Positions 50,632 through 63,465 of a stretch of 64,000 nucleotides of DNA are shown here, piece after piece. The stretch comes from Hypanus sabinus (Eukaryota). The notes beneath the pieces were generated by a model. It was given only the letters and a program-made list of their open reading frames with translations. It did no database searches and was not told where the DNA came from. The stretch covers positions 56,110,001 to 56,174,000 of the forward strand of contig NC_082714.1 of assembly GCF_030144855.1 (NCBI RefSeq), given 5' to 3'. The translations under genes and the position numbers were made by a program. Each line of letters begins with the position of its first letter. The first letter of the stretch is position 1.

Positions 50632-52240
50632 CACAAACAAGAGAAAATCTGCAGATGCTGGGAATCCAAGTAACACACACAAAATGCTGGAAGATGTGGT
50701 GGGGAGAGAGAGTACTGTCCACGTTTCAGCTGAAATCTTTCCACAGGACTGGAGGGGAAAAAAGCTGAGGAATAGATTTTAAAGGTAGGGGAGGGAGAGA
50801 ACCACCAGGTAATAGGTGAAACCTGGAGGGGGAGGGATGAAGTAAAGAGCTGGGAAGTTGATTGGTGAGGTGAGAGAGGGAATGGGAAATGGAGAAGGGG
50901 GGGCTTTACCAGAAGTTTGAGAAATTGGTGTTCATGTCATCAGGTTGGACGCCACCCAGATGGAATATAGGATGTTGTTCCTCCAACCTGAGCGTAGCTT
51001 CATCACAACAGTGGAGGAGACCATGGATTGTCATATCGTAATGGGAAGTGGAATTACTGGGAGGTCCCGCTTCTTCTGGCAGATGGAGCGTAGATGCTTT
51101 GTGAAGTGCTCTCCCAATCTGTCAGGTCTCGCTGATGTACAGGAGGCCACACCGGGAGCACCAAATACAGTAAATGAGCCCAATAGACTCACAGGTGAAG
51201 TGTCGCCTCAGCTGGAAGGACTGTTTGGGGCCCTGCCTGGTAGTGAGGAGGTGTAGGGGCAGGTGTAGCACTTGTTCCGTTTGCAAGGATAGGAGCCAAG
51301 AGGGAGATCAGTGGGGAGGGACAAATGGACAAGGGAGTCACGTAGGGAGTGATTCCTGCGGAAGTGGGAAATGGGGCGGAGGGGGGAAGGGGAAGATGTG
51401 TTTGGTGGTGGGATCCCCTTGGAGATGGGAATTACAGAGAATTATGTGCTGGACGTTGAGGCTGGTAGGTGAGGACAAGAGGACTCCCATCCCTGGAAGA
51501 GTTGCAGGAGGGTGGGGTGAGGGTAGACGTGCGTGAAATGGAAGAGATGCGATTGAGGCAGTGTTGATGATGGAGGAAGGGAAGCCCCTTTGTTTTAAAA
51601 CGGAGAACATCTCTGTTCTAGAATAATGTATTGTGGATTTAATTTAGAACAATGTATTTCCTGAAAGCTGTGAATCCCAGTTCACAGATGGTGCTGATGT
51701 CTGTGGGATGGATGTGAAGCAGAAGGTGTGAAGTTTGCATGTAGCTTCAAAAGAAAGCATTGTGTATACTTTGTAAATATGGAAGTGCCCTTTGTGTCTA
51801 GCAAATAAATATCGAGCCTCATGTTGGGCCAGCAGACCTTTCCACTGAAAGCATCTCCGTATGATGCCTGCTGTACCTTGAATAAAGAAGCTGCTTTGTA
51901 TCTACCAGTAACTCTCCAGTGATTTCATTCACGCAACAACATAGTGAAAGAGGATGTATAGGGGCAGGTGTAGCACTTGTTCCACTTGCAAGGATATGTG
52001 CCAGGAAGGAGATCAGTGGGGAAGGACAAATAGACAAGGGAGTTACGTGGGGAGCGATCCCTGTGGGGAGGGGGGAGAGGAGAGAAAGATGTGCTTGGTG
52101 GTGGGATCCCATTTGAATGTGGTGGAAGTTGCGGAGAATTATGCACAGGCTGCATGGGCTGGTGGGGTGGTAGTTGAGTACAAGAGGAGCCTTATCCCTG
52201 GTAGGGTGGTGGGAAGATAGGATAAGAGCAGGCGTGTGAA
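50632..52240 (-). mobile_element. Penelope-like fragments (two pieces separated by a possible ~313-bp solo LTR at ~51629-51941)
   Basis: RGFPSSII, PLVLNYHPTS, IILRNFHH, PGTYPCKWNKCYTCPY; terminal AATCTGCAGATGCTGG..ACACACAAAATGCTGG. Confidence 0.8.
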
Positions 52241-52269
52241 GTTGTGTCCAACCAGAGTGCGGAAGATGA

Positions 52270-52940
52270 TAAAATGCAAATACTAGAAGAAAGAAATAAG
52301 CAATAAATATCAAGAATATGAGCTGAAGAGTCATTGAAAGTCAGTCCTGTTGGTTATGGGAACATTTCAAATGGTGGAGCATTTGTTCAAGAGCCTGATA
52401 GTTAAGGGGTAGTAACTGTTCCTGAAGCTGGTGGTGTGAGTCCTGAGGCTCCTGTATCACCTTCCTGATGGCAACAGCTAGAAAAGATCATGGCCTGGGT
52501 GCTGGAGGATACTGGTGATGGATGCTGCTTTCCTGCTACAGCATTTCATGTAGATGTGCTCAATGGTGGGGAGGACTTTACCAGTGTTAGTATCCGTTAC
52601 CTTTTGTAGGATTTTCCATTCAAGGGCGTTGGTGTTTCTATACCATGTGATGCAGCCAGTCAATATACTCTCCACTACACATCCATAGAATTTTGTCAAA
52701 ATTTTAGATGTTGTGCAGAATCTTTGCAAACTCCTCAGGAAGTAGAGGTGCTGCTGTGCTTTCTTCATAATTTCACTTGTGTGTGGCCCAGGGCAGGTCC
52801 TCTGAAATAATAACACCAGAGAACTTAAAGTTACTGACTCTTCCCAGCTTTGATCTTCTGATGAGGACTGGCTCATGGACCTCTGGTTTCCTTTTCCTGA
52901 AGTTAATAATTAAGTCCTTACTCTTGTTGACATTGAGTAA
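52270..52940 (-). mobile_element. Rex/Babar LINE fragment
   Basis: LNVNKSKDLIINFR; KKAQQHLYFLRSLQRF..FYGCVVESILTGCITWY. Confidence 0.85.
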
Positions 52941-52949
52941 GTGTTTGAA

Positions 52950-53390
52950 AGAGTGCAGAGAAAATTTACGAAGCAATTACCTGGACTTGAGGACCTAAGC
53001 CATAGGGAAAGGTTGAATTGGTTACAACTTTATTCCTAGAGTGTAGGAGAAAGAGAGGAGATAGAGTGAATATAAGCATGCTTTTTACACTGAGGTTGGA
53101 TGAGACTAGAACTAGAAGTCATGGGTTCCAGGAGAAAGGTGAAATATTTAAGGGGAACATGAAGTGGGAACTTCTTCACACAGAGGGTGGTGGGAGTGTG
53201 GACTGAGCTGTCAGCAGAAGTGATGGATGTGGACTTGATTTCAACATTTAAGAGAAATTTGGATAGGTATGTGGATGGGAGGGCTGTGGAGGTTTATGGT
53301 CCAAGTGCAGGTAAATGACACTATGCAGAATAATAGTTTGGCTCAAACTAAATGGTTCAAATGCTCTGTTTCTGTGTTTTATAACCATCC
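52950..53390 (+). mobile_element. CR1 3' fragment
   Basis: ETRTRSHG..FKGNM..FFTQRVVGVW motifs. Confidence 0.7.
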
Positions 53391-53909
53391 AGAGCAGTCG
53401 AAACTACATTACATAGCATGTTAGTTTCAGAGTTTTCCCTTAACTCCCATCAAGTAGCCCCTCAGCCTCTGATGCTCCAAAGAAAGCAGTCAGTTTTCCA
53501 ACCTCTCTTATGGCTAAATAACAACACAGAAACTGTAGGAATTGCTCAGTCGACATGCATCTGTGAGGAAAAAAAGAAATGTAATGTTTCATGCCAATAA
53601 TTTACAATTAGAACTGGAGAAGTTTGGAATTATAATAGTGATGGGATGAAGACCGAGAGAAACTGAATGATAAGTGAATACAGTAGAGGCTGCTGAGGCA
53701 GGAAATGGCTTGCTAATCACAACTGATCTTGTGTGGAGGCAATGAATGAAAATAGGAGAGAGAGAAAGTAAAGGAGGAAGCAATACTGGAGCAGTGTATT
53801 AGAGCATAAGAAACAGGGGCATGAGATGTCCAATCAAACCACTGAGTCTGCTTTGACATTCAGTGAAGCAATGTAGTTTCTGGAAGTTTGAAATGGAGGT
53901 AGGGCTAGG

Positions 53910-54225
53910 TTATTTGGTCCACTACTGCATCACAGCTCCAGAGACCTAGGGTCACTCCTGTCTTCCGTCACTGTCTGTGTTGGGTTTGCACAGTATGTTC
54001 TGCCTAAGGCTACATGTGATTTTTCCAGGGACTCCAGTTTCTCCCTAGATACCAAAAACATACAGGTTGATGAGTCTACTAAAATTGCCCCTAGCATACA
54101 GATGATTGATTGAACCTAGGGGGAATGGATGGGAATGCAGAAGAGAATAAAATGGCTTAGGGTAGGATTAGAAATGGATACTTGATATTTGGAGTGATTT
54201 TGGTGGGTATCTCTCTGTAACTTAT
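53910..54225 (+). mobile_element. V-SINE/HE1-like SINE, degenerate
   Basis: Same layout as 36075-36400. Confidence 0.55.
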
Positions 54226-54439
54226 TAATTTATGTACTAGGATGTGTAGGTCCTCCTGAATGCCAACATTTAAAGCTGTTGCCATTAAAAATAAAAGCAC
54301 TCTGCTTCATTGTTTATACTAAGTGGAATGATATCACACTTTCTATGTTATAGAATCCACTCCCTCGTCCTTCCCCGTTCATTTAAGCCACCTACAGCTA
54401 CCAAAAGATTGCATCCTTTTTGGCATCATACACTCAATC

Positions 54440-54695
54440 CCAACCTATTCCAGCTGCAACCATCTGGGAACAGCATAAAAGCCAGGACCAACAGGCTCTG
54501 GGACAGCTTCTTCCACCAGGCCATCAGACTGATTAATTTATGCTAATTCAACTGTGTTTCTATGTTATATTGACCATCTTTTTGTATATAATATTTATTA
54601 TAAATTACTATAGTTGCATATTGCACATTTGAACAGAGACTTTTTATTCTTCATGTATATGAAGGATGTAAGTAATAAAGTCAATTCAATTCACT
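54440..54695 (+). mobile_element. Rex/Babar 3' end
   Basis: LQPSG..SIKARTNRLWDSFFHQAIRLIN; AATAAAGT(CAATT)n tail. Confidence 0.7.
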
Positions 54696-55284
54696 GCCAC
54701 ATAGATCTGTGCTGTCAGTAAACTTAATTGTATCATCCAAATCACAAGTGTAGATTGTGAACTGCTCGTGCTCCAGTACCAATCCTTCTGGAACCCAGTC
54801 TGAAAAGACATGTTTCATTTTTATGCTCAGTTTTTTTAATTCTACATATTGGTTCCAATGTCATTCACTCAAAATTTGTTTCATAATTACTTGTTGCGGT
54901 ACTTTATCAAAGACATTTTGAAAGAGCAATTATACAAAACAGCCATTTTTCGTTATCTATCCTGCTAGAAACAACCTCAAGAAATCTCTTAACTGATTTG
55001 TCAAACTATATTCATTTCATTAAACTAGTGTATGTCCATTCAGCTTAATTCTATTATTGTTTTCTAAATGTCCTATTATCACTTCCTCAGCAACAGATTC
55101 TAGCAATTTTCCTGCAACTAATGTCAGGCTAACTGAGTGACAAATACTTTCCCACTCTTTTAATAGTGGGGTTATACTAATTTCCTAGTAGGAAGCTATC
55201 CATAATCAATGCAATCTTGGAAATTACCAGCTGGTCTATCCAATGGCTATAAAGATGTCTCGTTCAATATCCCAAGATGCATGT

Positions 55285-55620
55285 AATAGAAACATAGAAA
55301 ACCTACAGCATAATACAGGCCCTCCAGCCCACAAAGCTGTGCTGAACATGTCCTTATCTTAGAAATTACCTGGGGTTACACATAGCCCTCTATTTTTCTG
55401 AGCTCCATGCACCAATCCAGGAGTCTCTTTAAAAAAAACCTCATCATATCTGCCTCCACCACCATCTCCAGCAGCCCATTCCATGCACTCACCACTGCGT
55501 GAAATAAACTTATCCCTGACATCTCCTTTGTACCTACTTCTACCTTAAAACTGTGCTCTCTTGTGCTGGCCATTTTGACACTGGGGAAAAAGCCTCTGAC
55601 TATCCACATGATCAATGTCA
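55285..55620 (-). mobile_element. CR1 3' end
   Basis: Reverse complement of the 10950-11290 tail, including (TTTCTATG)n. Confidence 0.85.
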
Positions 55621-56105
55621 TCAGATTCTGAAGATTTATTGCCTTTCTATATCATTAGTTTCTTCAATTACTTTTGTTTAAACAAATGGTGATTTATTTC
55701 TCTTCATCCGTTCTTGACCCATAGTTCTCTATTGATTCCCTTTATTTCTAAGAGATTTTCTATGTATTCTGTGAAGATAAACACAAAATACTTTATCATT
55801 TCTTTATTCCAAAACAGAATTTCCCCCATGTAAGTCTATAAAGAATTTTGATTATCTTTTGATAATCTTTTACTTTTTTACATATTTGTAGATAAAAGCA
55901 TAATGTTGGGAATACTCAGCAGATAAGGCAACATAGAACACAGTATGGGCCTTTTGGCCCATAATGTTATGCTGACCTTTTAACGAACTCTAGGATCAAT
56001 CTAACGCTTCCCTCCTACGTAGCCCTCAACTTTTCTATTATCCATGTGCCTAACTAAGAGTTAGGCTATAGGCTGTAATATTGTCATTTCCCATATCCTC
56101 TCTCT

Positions 56106-56210
56106 ATATATGTCACACCCAATTTATGTACCTGCTCACTTCATGTACTGAGCAACTTCCTTGCCCCACTCATGTAATGAGCAGGTACACAAATTGGGTA
56201 TGACATATAT
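56106..56210. repeat. 40-bp inverted repeat (36/40) with a 25-nt loop
   Basis: Arms 56106-56145 and 56171-56210. Confidence 0.9.
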
Positions 56211-58300
56211 GAATAGGGTTTCTTATAATGTCAAGCACTAAACCAAGATGTAAGAAATATATGAATTCCAGAGCTCCACAGAAATATAATGATAGTTAAG
56301 ACATTAACAATATTATAGCCTTTCACTACATTTCAGTGTATAACTGGTACAATAAAATGTATAATGCTTAATTTAATAATATGACGAAGTATTACACGGT
56401 GGAACTCACTAATTATCATAAAATATAATTATCAAGCAAGTAAAGAAAAAGATGGTAATCATGTATTTTACCAATTTAAAGGTAATTACATACTTACCAA
56501 ATGCCACCATATGAGAAGTTTCACAATAATTTCCACAAAGGGTCAGGCGTAATATGTATTTGGGGGTCTGAAACAACTCTTGTCCTGGTGTCATCTGCTG
56601 ATCTGTGGTACCGCAGCCATGCTGTGACTTATGGCTCAGGATTCCACTGAATTAGAGGAGGTCTGTGTAATTTAACAAACATAAGTGCTGATACATGATT
56701 TATGAGAATTCTTGAGTGTTTTATTGTTATTATCAAGTTCATGTGACTGAATCCTCTCTCTCAGCAGTACTAATAAGAATAACTTGTGAACAGCTTAGTA
56801 ATGGGCGTAAATCTTGGGGATGTGGCATCCACGATCCTGCACATAATCTCTGAAGGCATTTATTACAGAGGAAGAAGAAAGCTTAAACCTTTTACAGAGA
56901 GATGATTTTGCAGCTTCTCCATAATTAGGCGGTATTTCAGCAGGCCAGTCATCTTTATCAAGGACACGCATTTCATTTAGAAGGGATTTATACATACTTC
57001 AAGGTTTAGAAGTTTGAGAACCTTTCAAGGATGTTGCCGTGAACATACAGTGCTGCAAATTGTTTGTAAGACTAGTAAGAAACTGTAGATAATTAATGGA
57101 GACAATTTTGTTGCTGCTTGTTAAGGTAATTTCTCCAAACTTCCCCTTTTCAACTACCTCTTGAGCTTCTAGAGTTTTTGTACCAGGTTGCTCTTTCAGT
57201 CCATGCAGTGATCTTATGCTCTGGTGGATCAGTTTATCTGCATAAACAATCGTAGTAGTGCGTTTCTGTAAACACTCCGACAGTAAACTAAGTTCATGCA
57301 AGGTGTCATACATTAGAGCGAAGTCCTAGGTTTTTCTGTCACTCCCAGATCTTGTTTCATTGTTTTTTCAAAATGAAAACACTGTGCTTCATAACTTTGC
57401 CACACTGCTGAAACTGTTCGAGACAGGCAAGTTACCCATCTGGTGTCCAGAACATGGCCTATTTTGCAAATTTGTTGTTCTAGTTGAGAGACACATTCAG
57501 ACAGTTCCTTTTGGTTCAGAGGTGATCTACTGTGAATAGAGTATAATTTTTCCATAAATGATGGAAAATGATTTATTCCAGGAACTTCTCTCACCGAATC
57601 ACCTACTGCAAGTTCTAATCTATGATTAAGACAGTGCCAAATTATCACATCAGGGTAATGTTCCTTGAGAATTGTAGCAACACCATATTTGACACCAAGC
57701 ATTGTGCTCGCCCCATCACTAGCAAATGTTTCAAGTAAGAGTCATCAAACCCATGGTTATTGAGACAGTTCAATGGATGCTTAGCAATAGTTGCAGCTTT
57801 CTGATCAGGCAGTTCAATTAGGGGATCACCTTCCTATCAGTTTCACATTTCAAATGAACTAATAGGGTGTCTTAATGCTCAGGTTTGTTGATTCATCAAT
57901 GAGAACAGAAAATTTGCCATTTATCTGCTTGATATGCTGGCAAATTTTCTTTTTCATATTAATAGCTATGTGATTAATTATCTCTGTAGCACTAGTGTGG
58001 GAATGCAGTCTATTTCCAATGTCAATACCTTTTTTTTGAAGTTCCAATAAGCCAAAGTGATCAGAGTGTGGTCTGTCATTCTGAGCTAAATAATACGCAG
58101 AACAAAAAATTGAACGTTGCCTTTAGATGCGAAGCATTCATGGTGTCACATAATTTTCCGAGAGCATCTTTACTAGCTATATTTTTAACACTTAGAGTAG
58201 CAGTGTGAGCTTTTGATAGTTTGTGATCAACAATTTTTTTTCTGAGAGACTTCAAGCGTGTATTTCGATTGGCTCCATAATAGGATACTTGGTACATCTG

Positions 58301-59590
58301 CCATGCCAATTCTCCCATGATCTTTTAGTTCTTGAGGCTGTAGCGCTTTACATAGCTAGCCAACCTTCCCTTACTAGCCTTAAACTCCTTCCTCTTGCTC
58401 TCCTCAACCCCCTCACAGTTGTGCTCATAGAGGCTAAGTGCTGTTTCACTCATAATTTTGCCATCAATAGGGATATGCTTCTGTCACATGTCTTTCAGCC
58501 ACACACTTAATGCTTTCTTAAGCTTCGTCAACACTAGACCGGATAAATCCATAACCGAAGCTTTTTCTCTTCGTTTTGACCCTCCATCCACATTGAAATG
58601 GTGTTTTCCTCCTCCGAAAATGGAGCTTTTTTAAAATGCCCTCCAGAATGTGTAATTTTGAAAACACTGAGATTTGAAAACGCTGAGGTAACCAGAGATT
58701 TCTAAAAACGCTGTCATGATGTGCCTTAACAGATGGTGGTGGCAGTGCGGCATTTCATTGTTTTCTTGAACACAACCTAACAATTTCAGAACAGATGGCA
58801 ACGAGACTGAAGCCTGAAGAGTTAGAAATGTACTCACCAAATACTTTGACCCATAACTTACTGAATAAATAAGTATACTCACTTCGCCCTGTTTTCTGTC
58901 CTTGCTTGTATGAAGGTGGTTTACCTATTTATGCAAGTAATTCTCTGACAATAGATGTGTAACAGCCTAATGTATCATTGTATGGAAATACAAGATAACA
59001 CTGATGCAGACAGGATTTATACATTTAGCAAGGTGCTTTATTAATGCAACAGAGTTAGTCAGTTTTTCAAAGTTCGTCATCAGCCGGGTCATGCTGTCCG
59101 TGAACTCCCTGTCGGTTGCCTCCATACGCTCTAGTATTTGTTTTTTTAGTTTTAAGTCCTCCTGCGTGAGAGCCAACGGCTTTCCCTCATTTGGCAATTT
59201 CTTTTTTAAGTTCTTCTAGTCTGTAACTGCACAAACGCGCATTTTCACAGCAAGATTTGACACCAAACATGCAGCTTGTTTTCTGTAGATGTGTCCTGCG
59301 CAGCCCAGTAGGAAGAGATTTGCCCAAATACCCGTTTTAATGTGAACGGAGGTATTTTCAAAAACGCTTAGTGTAGATGCCTATCGTTTTTATGTGAAAC
59401 TGGCGTTTTCAAAATTATCTGGTCTAGTACAGACGCAGCCTCAGTCTTTGCAAGCACTTTATCACAAACCAGAGAGACCATTTTTGCCATTGTAGGGGTA
59501 GCACTAACACTTCCACGAATTTCAGCTTCTTTCTGCTTTATTGTGCAAATGCTCGATTCGTTCTTACCGACCTTACATGCCACTTTTCAA
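58301..59590 (-). mobile_element. Tigger/pogo transposase N-terminal fragment (CENP-B-type HTH), split by the Harbinger element
   Basis: GKNESSICTIKQKE..KVLAKTE|KALSVWLKD..IPIDG..FKASKGRL..KRYSLKN..MGELA is contiguous once 58521-59440 is removed. Confidence 0.75.
58521..59440 (-). mobile_element. PIF/Harbinger-type non-autonomous element
   Basis: 26-bp TIR (20/26; GCTxCGTC..ACTAGACCrGATAA); 3-bp flanks TTA/TCA; internal coiled-coil ORF remnant 58967-59197 consistent with a Harbinger Myb-like protein tail. Confidence 0.7.
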
Positions 59591-62500
59591 AGATCTAAGA
59601 TTGTTATTTTCCCGGTGAACAATGCTCAAACAACGAGTGCTGGAGAGAGTCTGAGGATCTGTGAAATGCCAGGAGGCTACAGCAGGGTATGCTGGGACAA
59701 CGGGTCGAGCGAGGAGGAATTTCACAAAACAGTCACAGCTCCAGGATTTCACCAAAAACAATCAAATATCCTAATGTTATTAGTGGTATTTTCCCCACCA
59801 GCCACCACCCCCTCTCCCCAACCCCTGCTTCTGTAAAATTCCCTCTATTTAATATGCGGCCATTGTTAAATTCCCCGCTTGTTTATTTTGACTTTTTTTT
59901 ACAGAGGTGCTGGAGCAGTGCTCCGGTGAGCTCCGGCAGCACTGCACCCCTGAAGACATTGCCATTCATGATTTGATATTGTAGAACTATGGGACTTTGA
60001 TCTGAGCTGTTGTGAAATCACTTATCTCTGTTCCATTGATAAAAATGCACAATATTTTAGGCCAAGTCTGCGGATAGTATGGATGTACTCAATAGCAGTG
60101 CTCATGCTAGGACTGGAGTAGTGAAAAACAGTTCTTTTATTGCAGTTGGTCTATAACATCAAATGGATGCCTGGCTTTCAGTAGCTTGATCTGTGTGTGT
60201 TTTTTGTGTTCTGGAAAACCCCTTTCTAAGGTTTTTCTCCTGTTCAAGTTTTGGATCTTTACTTCAATATTGGGAGCTGAGCTTTTTCGTCTTGTTTTCT
60301 GACATAATCCCTGACTTCAAGAAAACAGTCACAATTACTGTTGTGAAGTAAAGTACTCTGAGGCCTCCATTGGTCAGGGTTGGCCATGGATGTTGCATCC
60401 TAGCTGTCTGTGTTTGATATGCAAGCCAGGGCAGTGTGATATGGAGAACAGGCTACCCCTCTCCATGTATCTAATGAATCCAAAGCAACAGCAAAAACCG
60501 ATAAAGCAGCATCTCAGGAGTTGCCAGTCAGTGTTGAACTCAACATAGGACAGCCTAAGGGACACTATATTTTTCCCTGGGATTTACCCCTGAAGCCTTG
60601 CCCATGTGTCAGTAAAGCCATGTGACACAAGACAGCAGAGGTTTGAAATCAGACTCTTCATTCTAGATGAGTTGCCATTACAGTTAATGAGTCACTTCTT
60701 CCTGAAGTGACTGGTTCTAAGGCGCCAGTAACCCATCTTTGACTCTTCAGCTGTTAGTAGAAACAGTTTTGCTGGGGTTAGTAGCTAAGCCACACATGAA
60801 GGCCAGGAGCTAGACTTGGTTGTCAGAAGCTATTCGAGATGCATGCCAATAGGTAGTGGGAGCTTAACACTTAACCCCACTATCTCTCACTCACCCACCC
60901 ACCCACCCCAGCTATGACTGCCTTAAGGAACCAAGGAAGGTACTGCAGATACTGGAAATCTGAAATAAAACCTGACAATTTCTGTAGCGAGAGAAATAGA
61001 GTAAATGCTTTGTGTCATTGACTGTTCATCAGTATTTTTCCAGCATTTTCAGTTTTTAATCCATGATCGTATGTTTCTTTTAATGAAAAAATTGAAAAAT
61101 GAGGACCCAGTGCAGGAAATTGGTAATATTTTGATGGGTAAGCAAAATAGAAATACTAATCACTGGTAATTAGAGATGCCAATTAGAAATGCCTTAGTGT
61201 TGTACAAAAAAGTTGAAAACCAAAGAATTTGACAGTTTTGAGGTTGTGAAGTATGAGATTCAGAGACAGTGGTTCATCTTCAATCCTATTAATTTGGACT
61301 CTATAACAATGTTAAATGAAATGCTAAATATTAGCATAGAAATGAAAACTTTATGTTGCATCTAAAAACAATGGAATATTGTTTCCGGCAAGGCAATCTT
61401 TTTAGCACACAATGCCCTCCTTTTCCTCGGCCTCAACATGAAAATCTCCCATCTCCTTATGTACATAGCACATAAATTAAACTGTTGCTTTTTTTTTGGA
61501 TGCAGCTAGAATTTGTGGTTACTCAATAGCTGTCTCCACAAAACATTAGTCAGAAGGCTGTGCATTGTACTTCATAATCTTCTAAAGATATCATTAGTGC
61601 CACTCTGTACTGAGGAACCATAGATCTATCAATTAGAATCACAGAGAAAGAGAGATCTCAGCTAGCATTAGTATAAGAGAACTCCAAACGTATCAAACTG
61701 AAGTTTGTGAGAGTTTTTTGTATGCAAATTGGCTGCCTATTTGTTAAAACAATATCTCTAGTCCAGAAATACACAATGGGTAAAGAACTTAAAGTCCTTT
61801 GTATTGAGCTAAAAAATATGCAAAAGATATGGGAGCACCTTGGTTACTACAAAGTTAGACATGCAGAAGAGTGTGCTAATGTTCATGGAAATATAAAAGT
61901 TTACATTCCATCATAACATTTGGAGAAATTACATGTAACTAATGAAGTTACAGGATCATACAGCAAAGGTCCTTCAGCTTATTGTGTCCACTCCAATCAT
62001 CAACCATTCCATTACACTAATACCATTTTATTTTATTTATAAAGTAAATCTGTAAAAAGGGGCCTGTATCATTTATGATGGCCGTATTACTAGTGAATTG
62101 TTATTAAAAATGGCCTCCAAATCCTTTTAAGAAAGAAAAAAATACTTTTTATTATTTGGAATGATACTTCATTTAAATACATATTACTATTGCATCATAT
62201 GATGGAAATCTATTTACATAGATGTTAATTTTCTTGTGAAAAGAACACAGGTTTCAGCCCAGAATCATATAGCATGGATTGTATGGCCTGAGCATCCCTA
62301 AGTAGGGAAAAGAATAAATAAGTCTTGATTCATGCCACTGACCACTGGGTAGGGATATATGTGTGAGATGAATATATGGCTGGATCACCTATGATAATGC
62401 GGCTAACCAATAACCTACCAATAATCATTGTCAAGTCTTCAAACCCATAATATTGTGGGGAACTGTGTCCAGACTTCGAAATGGCAAAGCAGACACTTAA

Positions 62501-62734
62501 TTTAAAATCAGTTAGTTATAAATTGCAACCTTACCAGTGTCAGCGTGAACAATTAGCAAGTTGGAGGAAAACAAGCAATAACAATTTAGCCTGGTGCAGG
62601 ATTGTTGGATGATGCACTGTGGGCAATCTCAGATCTCTCCGTATTCTAGTTCTCCGTGTTCCTAGAACAATAGGTTCTCCTGAAATGTTATTGTTCCCTC
62701 AGATTGGACCTTGTGCTTTGACATTATCAATAGG

Positions 62735-63465
62735 TAAATTTAATGTCAGAGAACTGAATATAATATACATCCTGAATTTCTTCTTCTTTGCAAACATCCA
62801 CAAAAACTGAGGAGTGCCCCAAAGAATGAATGACAGTTAAATATTAGAAACCCAAAGCCCCCCAGCTCCCCCCTCCCATGCATAAGCAGTAGCAAAGTAA
62901 CCACCTCCCACCAAGCACTCAAGCATGCAGCAAAGCATCAATAAAGACATCGTCATGTTAGTACCTCAAAGAGTACTCGTTTACCTGATAGTCGGCATAC
63001 CACAGGCTCTCTCCCTAATAAGGGAAAAAGAGTTGACCCCGTTTCACATCAAGAGGGGAGACATAACAAAGTCTGCTGCATCGCTTCTTCTGAGCTCTGT
63101 GCCCAAAGAACACAGGTCTCTGGGCATACAGCCAGCAGCCAGCTCTCTGCTTTTGATTTTCCATCTCCCAATGTGCATCAGGCAGCGGTGACACTGGCCT
63201 TGAATCCGCCTGCCTCCAGAACGACAGAAATCTGATACCCTGAAGACACGCTAGTCATCCAGGTCGCATCTTTGGCATATTGAAAGGCAGCAGGTCGTGA
63301 GGCCCCGAGAGCACGTCCCATTTCCACAAAGAACCGAAATTAGCGTGTAACTCTAGGTCAGGGTCTTCAAAAGAACCCTGAAAAGGAAAAAAAGAGATAT
63401 CAAAGATAGAAGTAGAGCTGTTTTCAAAGATGCAAACAAAGGAGTTGCTGTTGGGTGCCATCGTC
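62735..63465 (-). repeat. Unclassified interspersed repeat (longer copy)
   Basis: Homologous to 36880-37345. Confidence 0.7.

Larger units (their letters stand above)
56560..59952 (-). mobile_element. hAT transposon with KIAA1586-like transposase, frameshifted and interrupted
   Basis: SLRKKIVDH, SVLIDEST, SDGASTMLG, IIWHCLNHRLEL, DTRW, dimerisation-domain remnant ERGFSHMNLI; CAGGGG end at 59952; partner TIR not located. Confidence 0.85.

Noticed and set aside
56560-58318. Functional domesticated KIAA1586 gene
   Set aside because: Multiple frameshifts and stops, nested insertions and a transposon-like end
59904-59930. Micro-exon (ACAG|..CCG|GTGAGC) of the signal-peptide gene
   Set aside because: It lies within the hAT terminal sequence and has no homology support
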